DNA of 64,000 nucleotides from an uncultured Pseudomonadota bacterium (GTDB lineage: Bacteria > Pseudomonadota > Alphaproteobacteria > Rs-D84), in the NCBI GenBank assembly GCA_947307295.1, contig CAMZIQ010000002.1:8447-72446 (forward strand), in the 5' to 3' direction. Positions 41,405-50,927 of the stretch are shown in pieces. The notes under the pieces were generated by a model. It did not search any database. It was not told the DNA's origin and saw only the letters and a list, made by a program, of their open reading frames with translations. The translations under genes were made by a program, and so were the position numbers. The number at the start of each line of letters is the position of its first letter. Position 1 is the first letter of the stretch.

Positions 41405-41434
41405 TAAAAAAAACCGCAAAAATGCGGATTTTTT
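41405..41434. terminator. Bidirectional terminator between the sufD-like gene and rpmJ
   Basis: A7-CCGCA-AAAA-TGCGG-A-T8. Confidence 0.75.
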
Positions 41435-41569
41435 TTATTTTTTCTTGAAACCCTGTTTTGCCTTTAATTTAGGATTAGAAGGGTCAATCAATAAAACTTG
41501 TTTACCACGGCGAATTTGTTTAATATTACCGCGTTTTTTCCAAGCCTTTAAAGAACTTAAAAATTTCAT
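41435..41569 (-). CDS. rpmJ: 50S ribosomal protein L36 (zinc-less type B)
   Basis: 44-aa ORF, below the track cutoff: MKFLSSLKAWKKRGNIKQIRRGKQVLLIDPSNPKLKAKQGFKKK. It matches the alphaproteobacterial L36 pattern MK.xxSLK..K.R......RR.G....I...NP.FKA.QG. Confidence 0.8.
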   Translation of the reverse strand: MKFLSSLKAWKKRGNIKQIRRGKQVLLIDPSNPKLKAKQGFKKK

Positions 41570-41831
41570 GTCAAAATCCTTTTTACCGAACGATTATAAA
41601 CCATATTTATAAAAAATCAAATATTTATTATATTTTTTTGTTATTTTTATTATACCTGTTTATTCTATTAAAAACGTTTTTAAACATAAAATTAACAGTT
41701 TTTCAACAAAAAAATCCTTATTTTTAGCCATTTTTTATTAAAATGTTGAATTTTTGTTTTTTATATAAACATGTTTAAAAAACGGTCTTTTTTTATATTT
41801 TAAACAATTTTTAATATTTTTACTTTTATAC

Positions 41832-41860
41832 TTGTTGAAAAAAGTTGAAATTGTTATAAT
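41832..41860 (+). promoter_or_regulatory. Candidate sigma-70 promoter for virB3-virB4
   Basis: TTGTTG, a 17-nt spacer, then a perfect TATAAT at 41855-41860, about 22 nt upstream of the virB3 start with its GGAGAG RBS. Confidence 0.3.
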
Positions 41861-41881
41861 AAACATATCTGGAGAGAAAAT

Positions 41882-42175
41882 TTGAAACAAACAGTCTTAA
41901 AAGCCTTAGCAAATCCGCCGCGCATATTTTATGTGCCTTATAATCTTGCTATTTTAAATTTTCTATTTTGGTTTTTAATATTTGTGTTTTCTATGGCTGT
42001 GTATTTAATCATAAGTGATATTCCTATGTGGTTGCCATTGGCTTTTTTGGGTGTTTTATTCATAACACATTCAATTTTAGGTTTTTTTTCAAGAAAAGAC
42101 TCACAGATAGCACAAATGATATTATCTACTATGAAAATATTTAGTAAAAAAATACCAAGAAGGTTAATAGTATAA
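41882..42175 (+). CDS. virB3: Type IV secretion system protein VirB3
   Basis: 97 aa with two TM helices and N-terminal KALANPPRIFYVPYNLAILNF. Lies directly upstream of virB4. TTG start with RBS. Confidence 0.7.
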   Translation: MKQTVLKALANPPRIFYVPYNLAILNFLFWFLIFVFSMAVYLIISDIPMWLPLAFLGVLFITHSILGFFSRKDSQIAQMILSTMKIFSKKIPRRLIV

Positions 42176-42177
42176 AA

Positions 42178-44589
42178 ATGGAAAAAATATTTGATTATTT
42201 TGCTGGAAATAATAACGAAATGACTTTAACACTTGTCATAATAACTATGTCAGTTGTTTTAGCTTTTTTGGTTTTGTTAATGTATATACCAACATTAACA
42301 AGAAAGATTTTTCCAAGATTTGGTTATATGAAATATTCTGATTATTTACCTTTTAATACAGTATATAATGATAATACATTGTCTGTAAATGATGGCTCAT
42401 TAGTCAGGGTTTATAAAATAACTGGTATTCAAACCAGTATGTTAGATGAAAAAAATACAGAAAAATTTCTTGATTTAAGGGCCAGTTTATTTAATCAAAT
42501 TCAAGATCCTGATGTATATCTAAGGTTTTTTACAATTCGTGATTTTGCTGACGAAAAGACTAATTATGAATTTGACCAAGCAACTTTGCAAAAAATATAT
42601 GATAAATGGAATAATCAAGGTTTAAAGATATATAACAATACATATTATGTAGTTATATCTGTTCACGGTCAAAATAATCATGAAAAATTAAATCAATGTT
42701 GTAATTATGTTGAATCTATATTATCTGCGTATAAGCCTATTTTATTAGAAAATAATAAAATTGATAATATGGCGACATTTTTTGGACGTATTTTATCACC
42801 TGTATCTAAACCTGTGATAAAAACATGTGATAATAATATATCACAAAATGTGACTGTGGATAGTGTAGAATTTAATAAAAATGGAATCATTGAATATAGT
42901 AGCGGTGATAAAACATATTATGCATCGGCTTTGTCTTTTAAATTTTCGCCAGATTACTTAGATGAAGAATTTTTTAATACTATATCCACAATTCAATGTG
43001 AAATGATATGTATGAATGCGTTCAGGGTTTTAAGGTCAAGCGACATAGATACATTAATGCGTCAACATAAATCAACTATTACAGACGAAACAGAAGAATC
43101 AACAATGGAACAAATTGTTGAAGCACAATCTTCTATGGATGAAAATAAAACTGGTGCTCAAACCTTAGTTGATTATTATCCTTTGTTTATTTTATTTGGT
43201 AAAAATATTGATGAATTAAACCAAAGTATTGCAGAATTTAAAAAAATATCTGCATCATTTGGTATATCACCAGTAGTTGAAAGATTTGCTTCAAAAGTAT
43301 CATTTTTTGCACAATTACCGGGATTTGATGTATTTCCACGCAGTTTTAAAATGTTATCAAAAACAGCAGCTATAAGTATACCTTTATCAACAATGCCACG
43401 TGGTGTAGAAAATTGTGATTGGGGTCCGGGTCCTTTGGTTGTATTCCCAACTGCCCAAGGAACACCATATCAATTTCAATTTCATGTTTCTGATAAACCG
43501 GCTGCTGTGGGTCATACTTTGACTATTGGACCAACAGGCGGCGGAAAAACAACATTATTTTCATTTTTAATTTCTCAATCTCTAAGACATAAAAAATTAA
43601 AAGCCTTTTTCTTTGATAGAAACAGGGGTGCTGAAATATTTACATTGGCTATTGACGGTAAATATATCACGATGAATGGCAAAGAAAAAGAAGCAAATAA
43701 AAATACATTTTTAACACATTTAAATCCATTAAAAATGCCGGATAATGCTTCAAATCGTGCGTTTTTACGCAGATGGATGTCAATGATAACAGGATTAAAT
43801 GATGTCTTATCTAGTGATGAAATCGCACGTGCTGTATCTGTGAATTTTGATTATTTATCTGATAAAGATAGATTATTAAAAAATCTTTATGAAAGTTGTT
43901 TTTCATCTGGTGGAAAAATGCGTGATGAATTAAAAAAATGGATAGACCCACTTCAATATGGGGATATATTTAATGAAGATGCAGATACACTTGATTTAAA
44001 TTCGCGTCTTACAACTTTTGATTTTACTGAAATTTTACAAGATGAAATTTTAGCACCGGCAGTTATATCTTATATATTACATAGAATAAACACAGTGACA
44101 GTATCTGGTGGAAATCCTTCATTAATTATGATTGATGAAACGGCGCCTATGCTTGAAAATAAAATGTTCCGCGATAATTTTATAGCAGGGCTTCAAGAAG
44201 GTCGTAAAAACCGTCAGGCTTATATGGTTGCTTTCCAACGTGCAAATGTTCTTGATAAACTGGGTATAGGTGATGTTGTTCGTGGTCAGGCACAAACAGT
44301 ATTATTCTTTAGAAATCCTGCTGCAGATGTGACTGATTATGAAAAATGGAATTTAAATCCATTAGAAATGGCATTTATCAAGGGACAGGCTTATCCGAAT
44401 CTTAAACGTGCGGTTTTATTATCAAGACCCGTTAATAATGAATCTGTTATTTTAAATACAGAACTTGGTGGACTTGGTAATATGTTAAAATTATTTGAAT
44501 CTGGACGTTCTTCTGTGTTATTAGCTGAAGATTTATATAAAACTTATGGAAATAAATTTGTTGAAGAATATTTAAAAAAGCAAGGGTAA
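42178..44589 (+). CDS. virB4: Type IV secretion system ATPase VirB4
   Basis: 803 aa with Walker A GPTGGGKTT and a Walker B-like SLIMIDETAPML. Confidence 0.9.
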   Translation: MEKIFDYFAGNNNEMTLTLVIITMSVVLAFLVLLMYIPTLTRKIFPRFGYMKYSDYLPFNTVYNDNTLSVNDGSLVRVYKITGIQTSMLDEKNTEKFLDLRASLFNQIQDPDVYLRFFTIRDFADEKTNYEFDQATLQKIYDKWNNQGLKIYNNTYYVVISVHGQNNHEKLNQCCNYVESILSAYKPILLENNKIDNMATFFGRILSPVSKPVIKTCDNNISQNVTVDSVEFNKNGIIEYSSGDKTYYASALSFKFSPDYLDEEFFNTISTIQCEMICMNAFRVLRSSDIDTLMRQHKSTITDETEESTMEQIVEAQSSMDENKTGAQTLVDYYPLFILFGKNIDELNQSIAEFKKISASFGISPVVERFASKVSFFAQLPGFDVFPRSFKMLSKTAAISIPLSTMPRGVENCDWGPGPLVVFPTAQGTPYQFQFHVSDKPAAVGHTLTIGPTGGGKTTLFSFLISQSLRHKKLKAFFFDRNRGAEIFTLAIDGKYITMNGKEKEANKNTFLTHLNPLKMPDNASNRAFLRRWMSMITGLNDVLSSDEIARAVSVNFDYLSDKDRLLKNLYESCFSSGGKMRDELKKWIDPLQYGDIFNEDADTLDLNSRLTTFDFTEILQDEILAPAVISYILHRINTVTVSGGNPSLIMIDETAPMLENKMFRDNFIAGLQEGRKNRQAYMVAFQRANVLDKLGIGDVVRGQAQTVLFFRNPAADVTDYEKWNLNPLEMAFIKGQAYPNLKRAVLLSRPVNNESVILNTELGGLGNMLKLFESGRSSVLLAEDLYKTYGNKFVEEYLKKQG

Positions 44590-44595
44590 TTTATA

Positions 44596-45267
44596 TTGTC
44601 CAAAATATTTAAATTTTTTTTAATTTGTTGTTATGTATTTATTCCTGTTTATGCTTTTGCAACAGATTGTTCAAAATATAAATATGATGTAGATATAAAT
44701 GTAAATAATATAACTAAATATGAACCTGTTATACAATCGTCAAAAGAAAATATGATTGGTAAAATGGGTGAAATTCTTTATCAATTATCATATTCTTTGA
44801 AAATATTTATGATTCAAATACCTGTAAAAGACGGATATTGTGTTTCTTTGCGAAGCGTAGATATAGATATAAATGTCCCAGAATTTTTAATAAATATTGA
44901 TAAAAGGTTAAAACCTGATACTTGTGCTTATAATATAGTTTTAAAACATGAACAAGACCATATGAATGTAAATAAAACTGTTATAAATTCTAATATAGAT
45001 AGAATAAAACAGGCAGTAATAAATGCTGTTGATTCTATAAAGCCAGTATTTATATCGAAAATAGAAGATTCTGGTGATATACAAATAAATATACAAAACG
45101 AAATAGAAAACTATAAAGATGTCAAAGATATAAAGAAAAAAATAAAATCAGAAATGAATAACGCTAATGAAGAAATAGATACTCGTGGTGATAGTTTTGA
45201 AATGTGGAAATGTGAAGATTTTTATAATGAAATGAAAAAATATAGTGATAAAATAAGAATAGATTAG
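44596..45267 (+). CDS. Secreted HExxH protein, paralogue 1 (putative Zn-metallopeptidase, DUF922-like pattern)
   Basis: Signal peptide, DGYCVSLRSVDIDINVPEF ... TCAYNIVLKHEQDHMNV, and a Lys/Glu/Ile-rich helical tail. Conserved Cys residues are shared with the next ORF. Confidence 0.5.
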   Translation: MSKIFKFFLICCYVFIPVYAFATDCSKYKYDVDINVNNITKYEPVIQSSKENMIGKMGEILYQLSYSLKIFMIQIPVKDGYCVSLRSVDIDINVPEFLINIDKRLKPDTCAYNIVLKHEQDHMNVNKTVINSNIDRIKQAVINAVDSIKPVFISKIEDSGDIQINIQNEIENYKDVKDIKKKIKSEMNNANEEIDTRGDSFEMWKCEDFYNEMKKYSDKIRID

Positions 45268-45269
45268 AT

Positions 45270-45890
45270 ATGAAAAAAATAATTTATTTATTTTTATCAA
45301 TGTTTTTATGTATATATGCTGCAAAAGCATCAGATGATTGTTTGGATTATAAATTAAACCCAAAAATTACTATAACAACGCCGAACTGGGAAAAAAATGT
45401 AGTTCAACCATTAAAAAAAATGAATGTTTTGCACGGTAATGTAATAGCTACACTGGTAGATAAATTTGAAATAACTGGTGATATAACATCAATAGAAGAT
45501 GGATTTTGTGTAGCGTTAAAAAATGTTGATGTTGTTATCGGTTATTCTGATTTTTTAGTTCAAATAGATATATCGCATAAGCAGAATACATGTTCTTATG
45601 ATGCAATACTTCAACATGAAGATGAACACATCAAGGCTTATTTATCTGTTATAGATGATAATCAAGATTTATTAAATAAATCTATAAAATCAGCAGCTGA
45701 TTCAATAGTCCCGATATTTGTTCATGATTCTAAAGATATAGAATCAGCAATTGATAAATTACACGAAGAACTGGAAAAACATCCAGATATAATTTTATTA
45801 AAACAACATATCAAAGCAGATGAAGAAATACGTAATAAATATGTTGATTTACACGATACAGGTGAAACATTAAAAAAATGTACAGAATAA
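45270..45890 (+). CDS. Secreted HExxH protein, paralogue 2
   Basis: Signal peptide and DGFCVALKNVDVVIGYSDF ... TCSYDAILQHEDEHIKA. It is colinear with 44596-45267. Confidence 0.5.
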   Translation: MKKIIYLFLSMFLCIYAAKASDDCLDYKLNPKITITTPNWEKNVVQPLKKMNVLHGNVIATLVDKFEITGDITSIEDGFCVALKNVDVVIGYSDFLVQIDISHKQNTCSYDAILQHEDEHIKAYLSVIDDNQDLLNKSIKSAADSIVPIFVHDSKDIESAIDKLHEELEKHPDIILLKQHIKADEEIRNKYVDLHDTGETLKKCTE

Positions 45891-45920
45891 TCTCTGTATG
45901 GCTGTTTACAATGTATACAA

Positions 45921-47540
45921 CTATTTCATATCTAATAATAATTCTAATTTAGAATTAGATTCTGTTAATTTTTTATCTATATCGTTTAATAATTCTTTAT
46001 CATAATTTTCGCCGTTAAGAGCATTTTCTAGTAATTGTTTTTTATCATTTTCTAACTTTTTTATATATCTTTGTAATTTAAAAGAAATTATAAATTTTTC
46101 TGAATTTTCAACACTAAGTTCAGTTTTATTTGTATCTTCATCAAAAGATATATTCAAAGACATTAAAAAATCCATGTGTTTTTCGGCTAATTCTGGATAT
46201 GTATGAACAATAGATTTTATTAGATTTACAGTCATTATATCAACATCTGGTATATCAATATCCGGTGTATATTTTTGTTGTTTCCATTTATGCCATTGGT
46301 TAAATTTACGATTGTTATATTCTTGATTTATTTCATTTTGAAATATTTTATCTTGAATTTTAGAAATACAATCTTTTAAATATTTTTCAGCCTGTGTACG
46401 ACCACCAGGGGTATTTACCATATAACTTTTATTAACACTATCCCATAAAAAATCAATCAAAGGTATAGCATTATCTATAATTTTACGCATAGCAGATTCA
46501 CCAGATGTCTTTAATACTTCATCTGGGTCTTTACCACCAGTCACAAAAGCAAATTTTACATCACTTGTTTCACGTAAAAAAGGTAAAACCATCGTACACG
46601 CCCGTACAGCAGCTTTTTGTCCAGCACTATCACCATCAAAACAAAATACAATATTTCGATTAGATTTACATAAAATCGCAATATGATCTTCAGTCAAAGC
46701 TGTACCAAGTGGTGCAACAGTTTCTGGGAAACCATGATTTTGCATTTGAATAGCATCTATTTGCCCTTCGACAACAATACTACGATTTGCGCGATGTATG
46801 GCATCTCGTGCAAAATTAAACCCAAATATAGTTTGTCTTTTATGGAATAATTCTGTGTCAGATGTATTTATATATTTAGGTTCAGACCCATCCAAAGAAC
46901 GACCAGAAAAAGCAACAATTTGATTATGAGCGTTAAATATAGGAAACATTAATTTGTCCCGAAAAAAATCATAAGGTCCATAATCTCCGACACGTACCAA
47001 ACCTGTGGCAGTTAATTTTTCTATTTTTGTATTATTAAAATAAGATGAAATCATATTACTCTTAGGTGCATAACCAATACGATATTTTTTTATCATTTCA
47101 TCATTAAATCCGCGGTTTTTTATATATTCTAGTGCATGTTTACCAGCGTCTTGATATAATAAATCTTGATAAATTTTACATGCTTTGTCAGTAATTTTTA
47201 TATAATTTTCTTCATCTTCTATTTGTTGTTGAGTTTTTTGTTTAATTTCAGGCATTTTTATTCCAGCCATATCAGCCAATTCTTTAATAGCTTCAACAAA
47301 ATTTATGTTTTCAGATTTCATTGTAAAAGAAATAATATCGCCATGTTCACCACAACCAAAACAATGATAAAAACCTTTGTCTTCGTTAACAGAAAAAGAA
47401 GGTGTTTTTTCATTATGAAAAGGACAACAACCCCAATAATTTTGACCTTTCTTTTTAAGCGGTACACGGCGGGAAATAACGTCTACCAAAGATAATCTTT
47501 GTCTTAATTCGTCTGTAAAAGAATTATCATATTTGACCAA
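45921..47540 (-). CDS. dnaG: DNA primase
   Basis: Zinc finger CCPFHNEKTPSFSV...YHCFGCGEHGD and a TOPRIM domain. TTG start abuts the topA stop. Confidence 0.93.
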   Translation of the reverse strand: MVKYDNSFTDELRQRLSLVDVISRRVPLKKKGQNYWGCCPFHNEKTPSFSVNEDKGFYHCFGCGEHGDIISFTMKSENINFVEAIKELADMAGIKMPEIKQKTQQQIEDEENYIKITDKACKIYQDLLYQDAGKHALEYIKNRGFNDEMIKKYRIGYAPKSNMISSYFNNTKIEKLTATGLVRVGDYGPYDFFRDKLMFPIFNAHNQIVAFSGRSLDGSEPKYINTSDTELFHKRQTIFGFNFARDAIHRANRSIVVEGQIDAIQMQNHGFPETVAPLGTALTEDHIAILCKSNRNIVFCFDGDSAGQKAAVRACTMVLPFLRETSDVKFAFVTGGKDPDEVLKTSGESAMRKIIDNAIPLIDFLWDSVNKSYMVNTPGGRTQAEKYLKDCISKIQDKIFQNEINQEYNNRKFNQWHKWKQQKYTPDIDIPDVDIMTVNLIKSIVHTYPELAEKHMDFLMSLNISFDEDTNKTELSVENSEKFIISFKLQRYIKKLENDKKQLLENALNGENYDKELLNDIDKKLTESNSKLELLLDMK

Positions 47541-49781
47541 TTACTTTTTCCTTTTTACAAATTTTTTTGGTGCAGATTTTTTATTATTTATTAAATCAAT
47601 AGCTATTTCTAAATCAGGTTTTTCTTTGACAGAAACATTAACGCGATTAGATGATATATAAGGACCGTATCTGCCATCAGCATAATAATAAATAGCTTTA
47701 TCTGTTTCCGGATTTTTACCCAATATAACAGGTTCTATTTTCTTTTTATCCCCACTTAATAATTCTTTTGCTATATCCAAAGTAATTGTATCAATACTAT
47801 ATTTCTTAGCGGATGCGTTTTTTATTCCGTCTGTCACATAAGGACCAAATTTACCAATTTTAAAAGATATATTTTCACCTAAATCTTTTTCTTTTACTTC
47901 ATCATTTTGTGAATCATCAGGGTTCATATTGCTGGTTAATTTCATAGTATAATTACATTTCGGATAATTATTACAACCAACAAAAGCACCATTTTTAGAC
48001 AATTTAATACCCAATTTTCCGCCACATTTTGGACATTTATCATTATTATCTTTGAATAAATGATAATGCATAAATTCATTTATTTTATCTATGATATCAC
48101 TAGTAGTAATTCCTTTGACAGATTCAATTGTTTGATTTGTAGGTGTCCAAAAAGATTGTAAAGAAGACAATTTATCTTTGACCCCATTTGAAACATCATC
48201 CAAAGTATCTTCTGTTTTAGCGGTGAAATTAACATCAACTAAATCTTTAAAATAATTAGATAAATAAGAAATCAAAACCCATCCAGATGTTGTTGGATGA
48301 AAACGATGTTGTTTATCTTGTTCTACATATTTTCTATCTACTATGGTTGACATAATAGTTGCATATGTCGAAGGGCGCCCTATTCCTAATTCTTCTAATT
48401 TTTTAACCAAAGATGCTTCGGTAAATCTTGCTGGTGGTTGAGTAAAATGTTGTTCACTTTTAAAAGATTTAATTTCTATTTCATCATTTATACTAAGTGC
48501 CGGCAATTTTATATCATTATCTTCGTTTGAATCATCATTATCTTCGACATAAATTTTCATAAATCCATCAAAAGTACGCGTTGTCCCAACACAATGAAAT
48601 ACAGAATTTTTCACATCTATATCAACAGAAACAGAATCAAATTCAGCACTTGTCATTTGGCACGCAATGGTTCTTTTCCAAATCAAAGTATAAAGTTTTA
48701 ATTCATCACCAGAAAGTTCATTTTTTGCATTTTCAAAATGCGTAGGACGAATTGCTTCGTGTGCTTCTTGAGCATTTTTAGATTTAGTCACATAAATATT
48801 AGGTTGTTTTGGTAAAAATTTATCACCATATTCTTTGGCTATGTATTCACGAATTTCTGAAATAGCTTCATTTGATAAATTAGTCGCATCAGTTCGCATA
48901 TACGTAATAAATCCAGCTTCATACAATTTCTGCGCAGTAGCCATTGTTCGTTTAGATGAAAAATGTAATTTACGTGAAGCTTCTTGTTGTAATGTAGATG
49001 TTGTGAATGGCGCATAAGCGTGTCTTTGGATTTTTTTCTTTTCAATATTTGATACTTTGCCAATCGCCGGTGTTTTTAAAGAAGATAATATATCATCAAC
49101 CATAGATTTATTTTCTATGGTCATTTTTTCAATCTTTTTACCATTATGTTTTATAAGATTCGCATCAAATTTACTTTTATTTTTTTCACAATTTGCAGTA
49201 ATACTCCAATATTCTTTTGGATTAAAACTTTCTATTTCTTTTTCACGATCTACAACTAATTTTACAGCGACACTTTGAACGCGTCCGGCTGATTTTCCAA
49301 GGTTTCTTTTCCAAAGTAATGGTGAAATTCCAAAACCTATTAAATAATCAAGAATTCGGCGTACTAGATATGCATCAACCAAGTTATTATCAATTTCCCG
49401 TGGGTTTTTAAGAGCTTCCATAATAGCATTTTTTGTAATTTCATGAAAAGCAACGCGATAAACATTTTTATTTTTCAATACATCACGCGCATTTAAAATA
49501 TCATTAATATGCCATGCGATTGCTTCCCCTTCGCGGTCAGGGTCGGATGCCAGATACACATTATCTGCTTTTTTTAATTCATCGATGATAAGTTTTATTT
49601 GTTTTTCTTTACCAGGCATAATTTGCCATTTTGGTTTAAAGTTGTGTTTTACATCAACACTTCCATTTTCAGGAACTAAATCACGAACATGGCCAACAGA
49701 AGCGACAACACGCCAACCATTTCCAAGGTATTTTTCAATAGTTTTTGCTTTTGATGGTGATTCTACGATTAATAAATTCAT
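47541..49781 (-). CDS. topA: DNA topoisomerase I
   Basis: MNLLIVESPSKAKTIEKYLG TOPRIM domain and C-terminal Zn ribbons CPKCGG...CNNYPKC. Confidence 0.95.
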   Translation of the reverse strand: MNLLIVESPSKAKTIEKYLGNGWRVVASVGHVRDLVPENGSVDVKHNFKPKWQIMPGKEKQIKLIIDELKKADNVYLASDPDREGEAIAWHINDILNARDVLKNKNVYRVAFHEITKNAIMEALKNPREIDNNLVDAYLVRRILDYLIGFGISPLLWKRNLGKSAGRVQSVAVKLVVDREKEIESFNPKEYWSITANCEKNKSKFDANLIKHNGKKIEKMTIENKSMVDDILSSLKTPAIGKVSNIEKKKIQRHAYAPFTTSTLQQEASRKLHFSSKRTMATAQKLYEAGFITYMRTDATNLSNEAISEIREYIAKEYGDKFLPKQPNIYVTKSKNAQEAHEAIRPTHFENAKNELSGDELKLYTLIWKRTIACQMTSAEFDSVSVDIDVKNSVFHCVGTTRTFDGFMKIYVEDNDDSNEDNDIKLPALSINDEIEIKSFKSEQHFTQPPARFTEASLVKKLEELGIGRPSTYATIMSTIVDRKYVEQDKQHRFHPTTSGWVLISYLSNYFKDLVDVNFTAKTEDTLDDVSNGVKDKLSSLQSFWTPTNQTIESVKGITTSDIIDKINEFMHYHLFKDNNDKCPKCGGKLGIKLSKNGAFVGCNNYPKCNYTMKLTSNMNPDDSQNDEVKEKDLGENISFKIGKFGPYVTDGIKNASAKKYSIDTITLDIAKELLSGDKKKIEPVILGKNPETDKAIYYYADGRYGPYISSNRVNVSVKEKPDLEIAIDLINNKKSAPKKFVKRKK

Positions 49782-49783
49782 TT

Positions 49784-50926
49784 TTAAAACCCCCTGGATG
49801 ATAATTGTTGGTCTTTATGGATATGGGCATTTTGACATAAACCAAATCCAAAAAGCAATGATATTAAACTACTTCCCCCGAAAGACATTAATGGCAAAGG
49901 AACACCAACCGTTGGTAATATTCCAAGAACCATAGAGATATTTATAAAGTAATAAATGAAAAAGTTCAACATAAAACCAAAACAAATTAATTGACCAAAA
50001 CGATTTCTGCATGTTTTTGCCGCCCAAAACAGCATAATTACTATGAATGTATATATCATCAGCAACATAAAAGCACCAATAAATCCAAATTCTTCACCCA
50101 ACATAGTGAATATAAAGTCAGTCTGTTTTTCAGGTAAAAAAGATTGTTGTGCTTGGGTCCCAGATAAATAGCCTTTACCCACTATGCCGCCAGACCCAAA
50201 AGCTATTTTGGCTTGATTAATCTGATAACCAGCACCTTTGGCATCCATTTCAGGATTTACAAATGTAATAAGTCTACTTCTTTGATAATCATGCAATCCG
50301 CCATACCAAATGATTGGTGCGGACAAAATACCTAATATCCCAGCAATTAAAAACCATTTTTTATTTGCACCAACAATAAAAAACATTCCAACTGTAATAA
50401 GCGCCAAAGATATGCCTGTTCCTAAATCTGGTTGAGCGCAAATTAGTATAAAAGGTACCAGCATCATAAATATTGGTATCAAATAATTTTTAAATTGTGA
50501 TAATTCAACGCTATTTTGCCATGCAAAATAACGAGCCAAAGCTAAAACCAGTGCTATTTTTATAAATTCAGATGGTTGAATATTTATAAATCCCAATGAC
50601 AACCATCGCTGTGCACCCATACCAACATCACCGAAAAATGTGACCATAATTATTAAAATTAAAACGATAGCATAAATAAAATAAGCCGATTTTATCCAAG
50701 TTTTAATATTAGAAAACGATACAAAAAAGAATATCGCCATTCCAAATATTATTTTAAACAATTGTGATATAGCAAAAGGTGTCCAAGACCCGCCACCAGC
50801 ACTAAATAAAACAACAATTGAAAAAAATAAAATAATACACATAGGTACAAACAAGACCAACGAAAAACGAGATAATTTTTCGCTAAAATTCATCATGTTT
50901 GCATTAGATACGCGTGTTGTCACCAT
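49784..50926 (-). CDS. rodA: Peptidoglycan glycosyltransferase RodA (SEDS family)
   Basis: PEKQTDFIFTMLGEEFGFIG motif, about 10 TM helices, and a position downstream of mrdA. Confidence 0.9.
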   Translation of the reverse strand: MVTTRVSNANMMNFSEKLSRFSLVLFVPMCIILFFSIVVLFSAGGGSWTPFAISQLFKIIFGMAIFFFVSFSNIKTWIKSAYFIYAIVLILIIMVTFFGDVGMGAQRWLSLGFINIQPSEFIKIALVLALARYFAWQNSVELSQFKNYLIPIFMMLVPFILICAQPDLGTGISLALITVGMFFIVGANKKWFLIAGILGILSAPIIWYGGLHDYQRSRLITFVNPEMDAKGAGYQINQAKIAFGSGGIVGKGYLSGTQAQQSFLPEKQTDFIFTMLGEEFGFIGAFMLLMIYTFIVIMLFWAAKTCRNRFGQLICFGFMLNFFIYYFINISMVLGILPTVGVPLPLMSFGGSSLISLLFGFGLCQNAHIHKDQQLSSRGF

Positions 50927-50927
50927 T

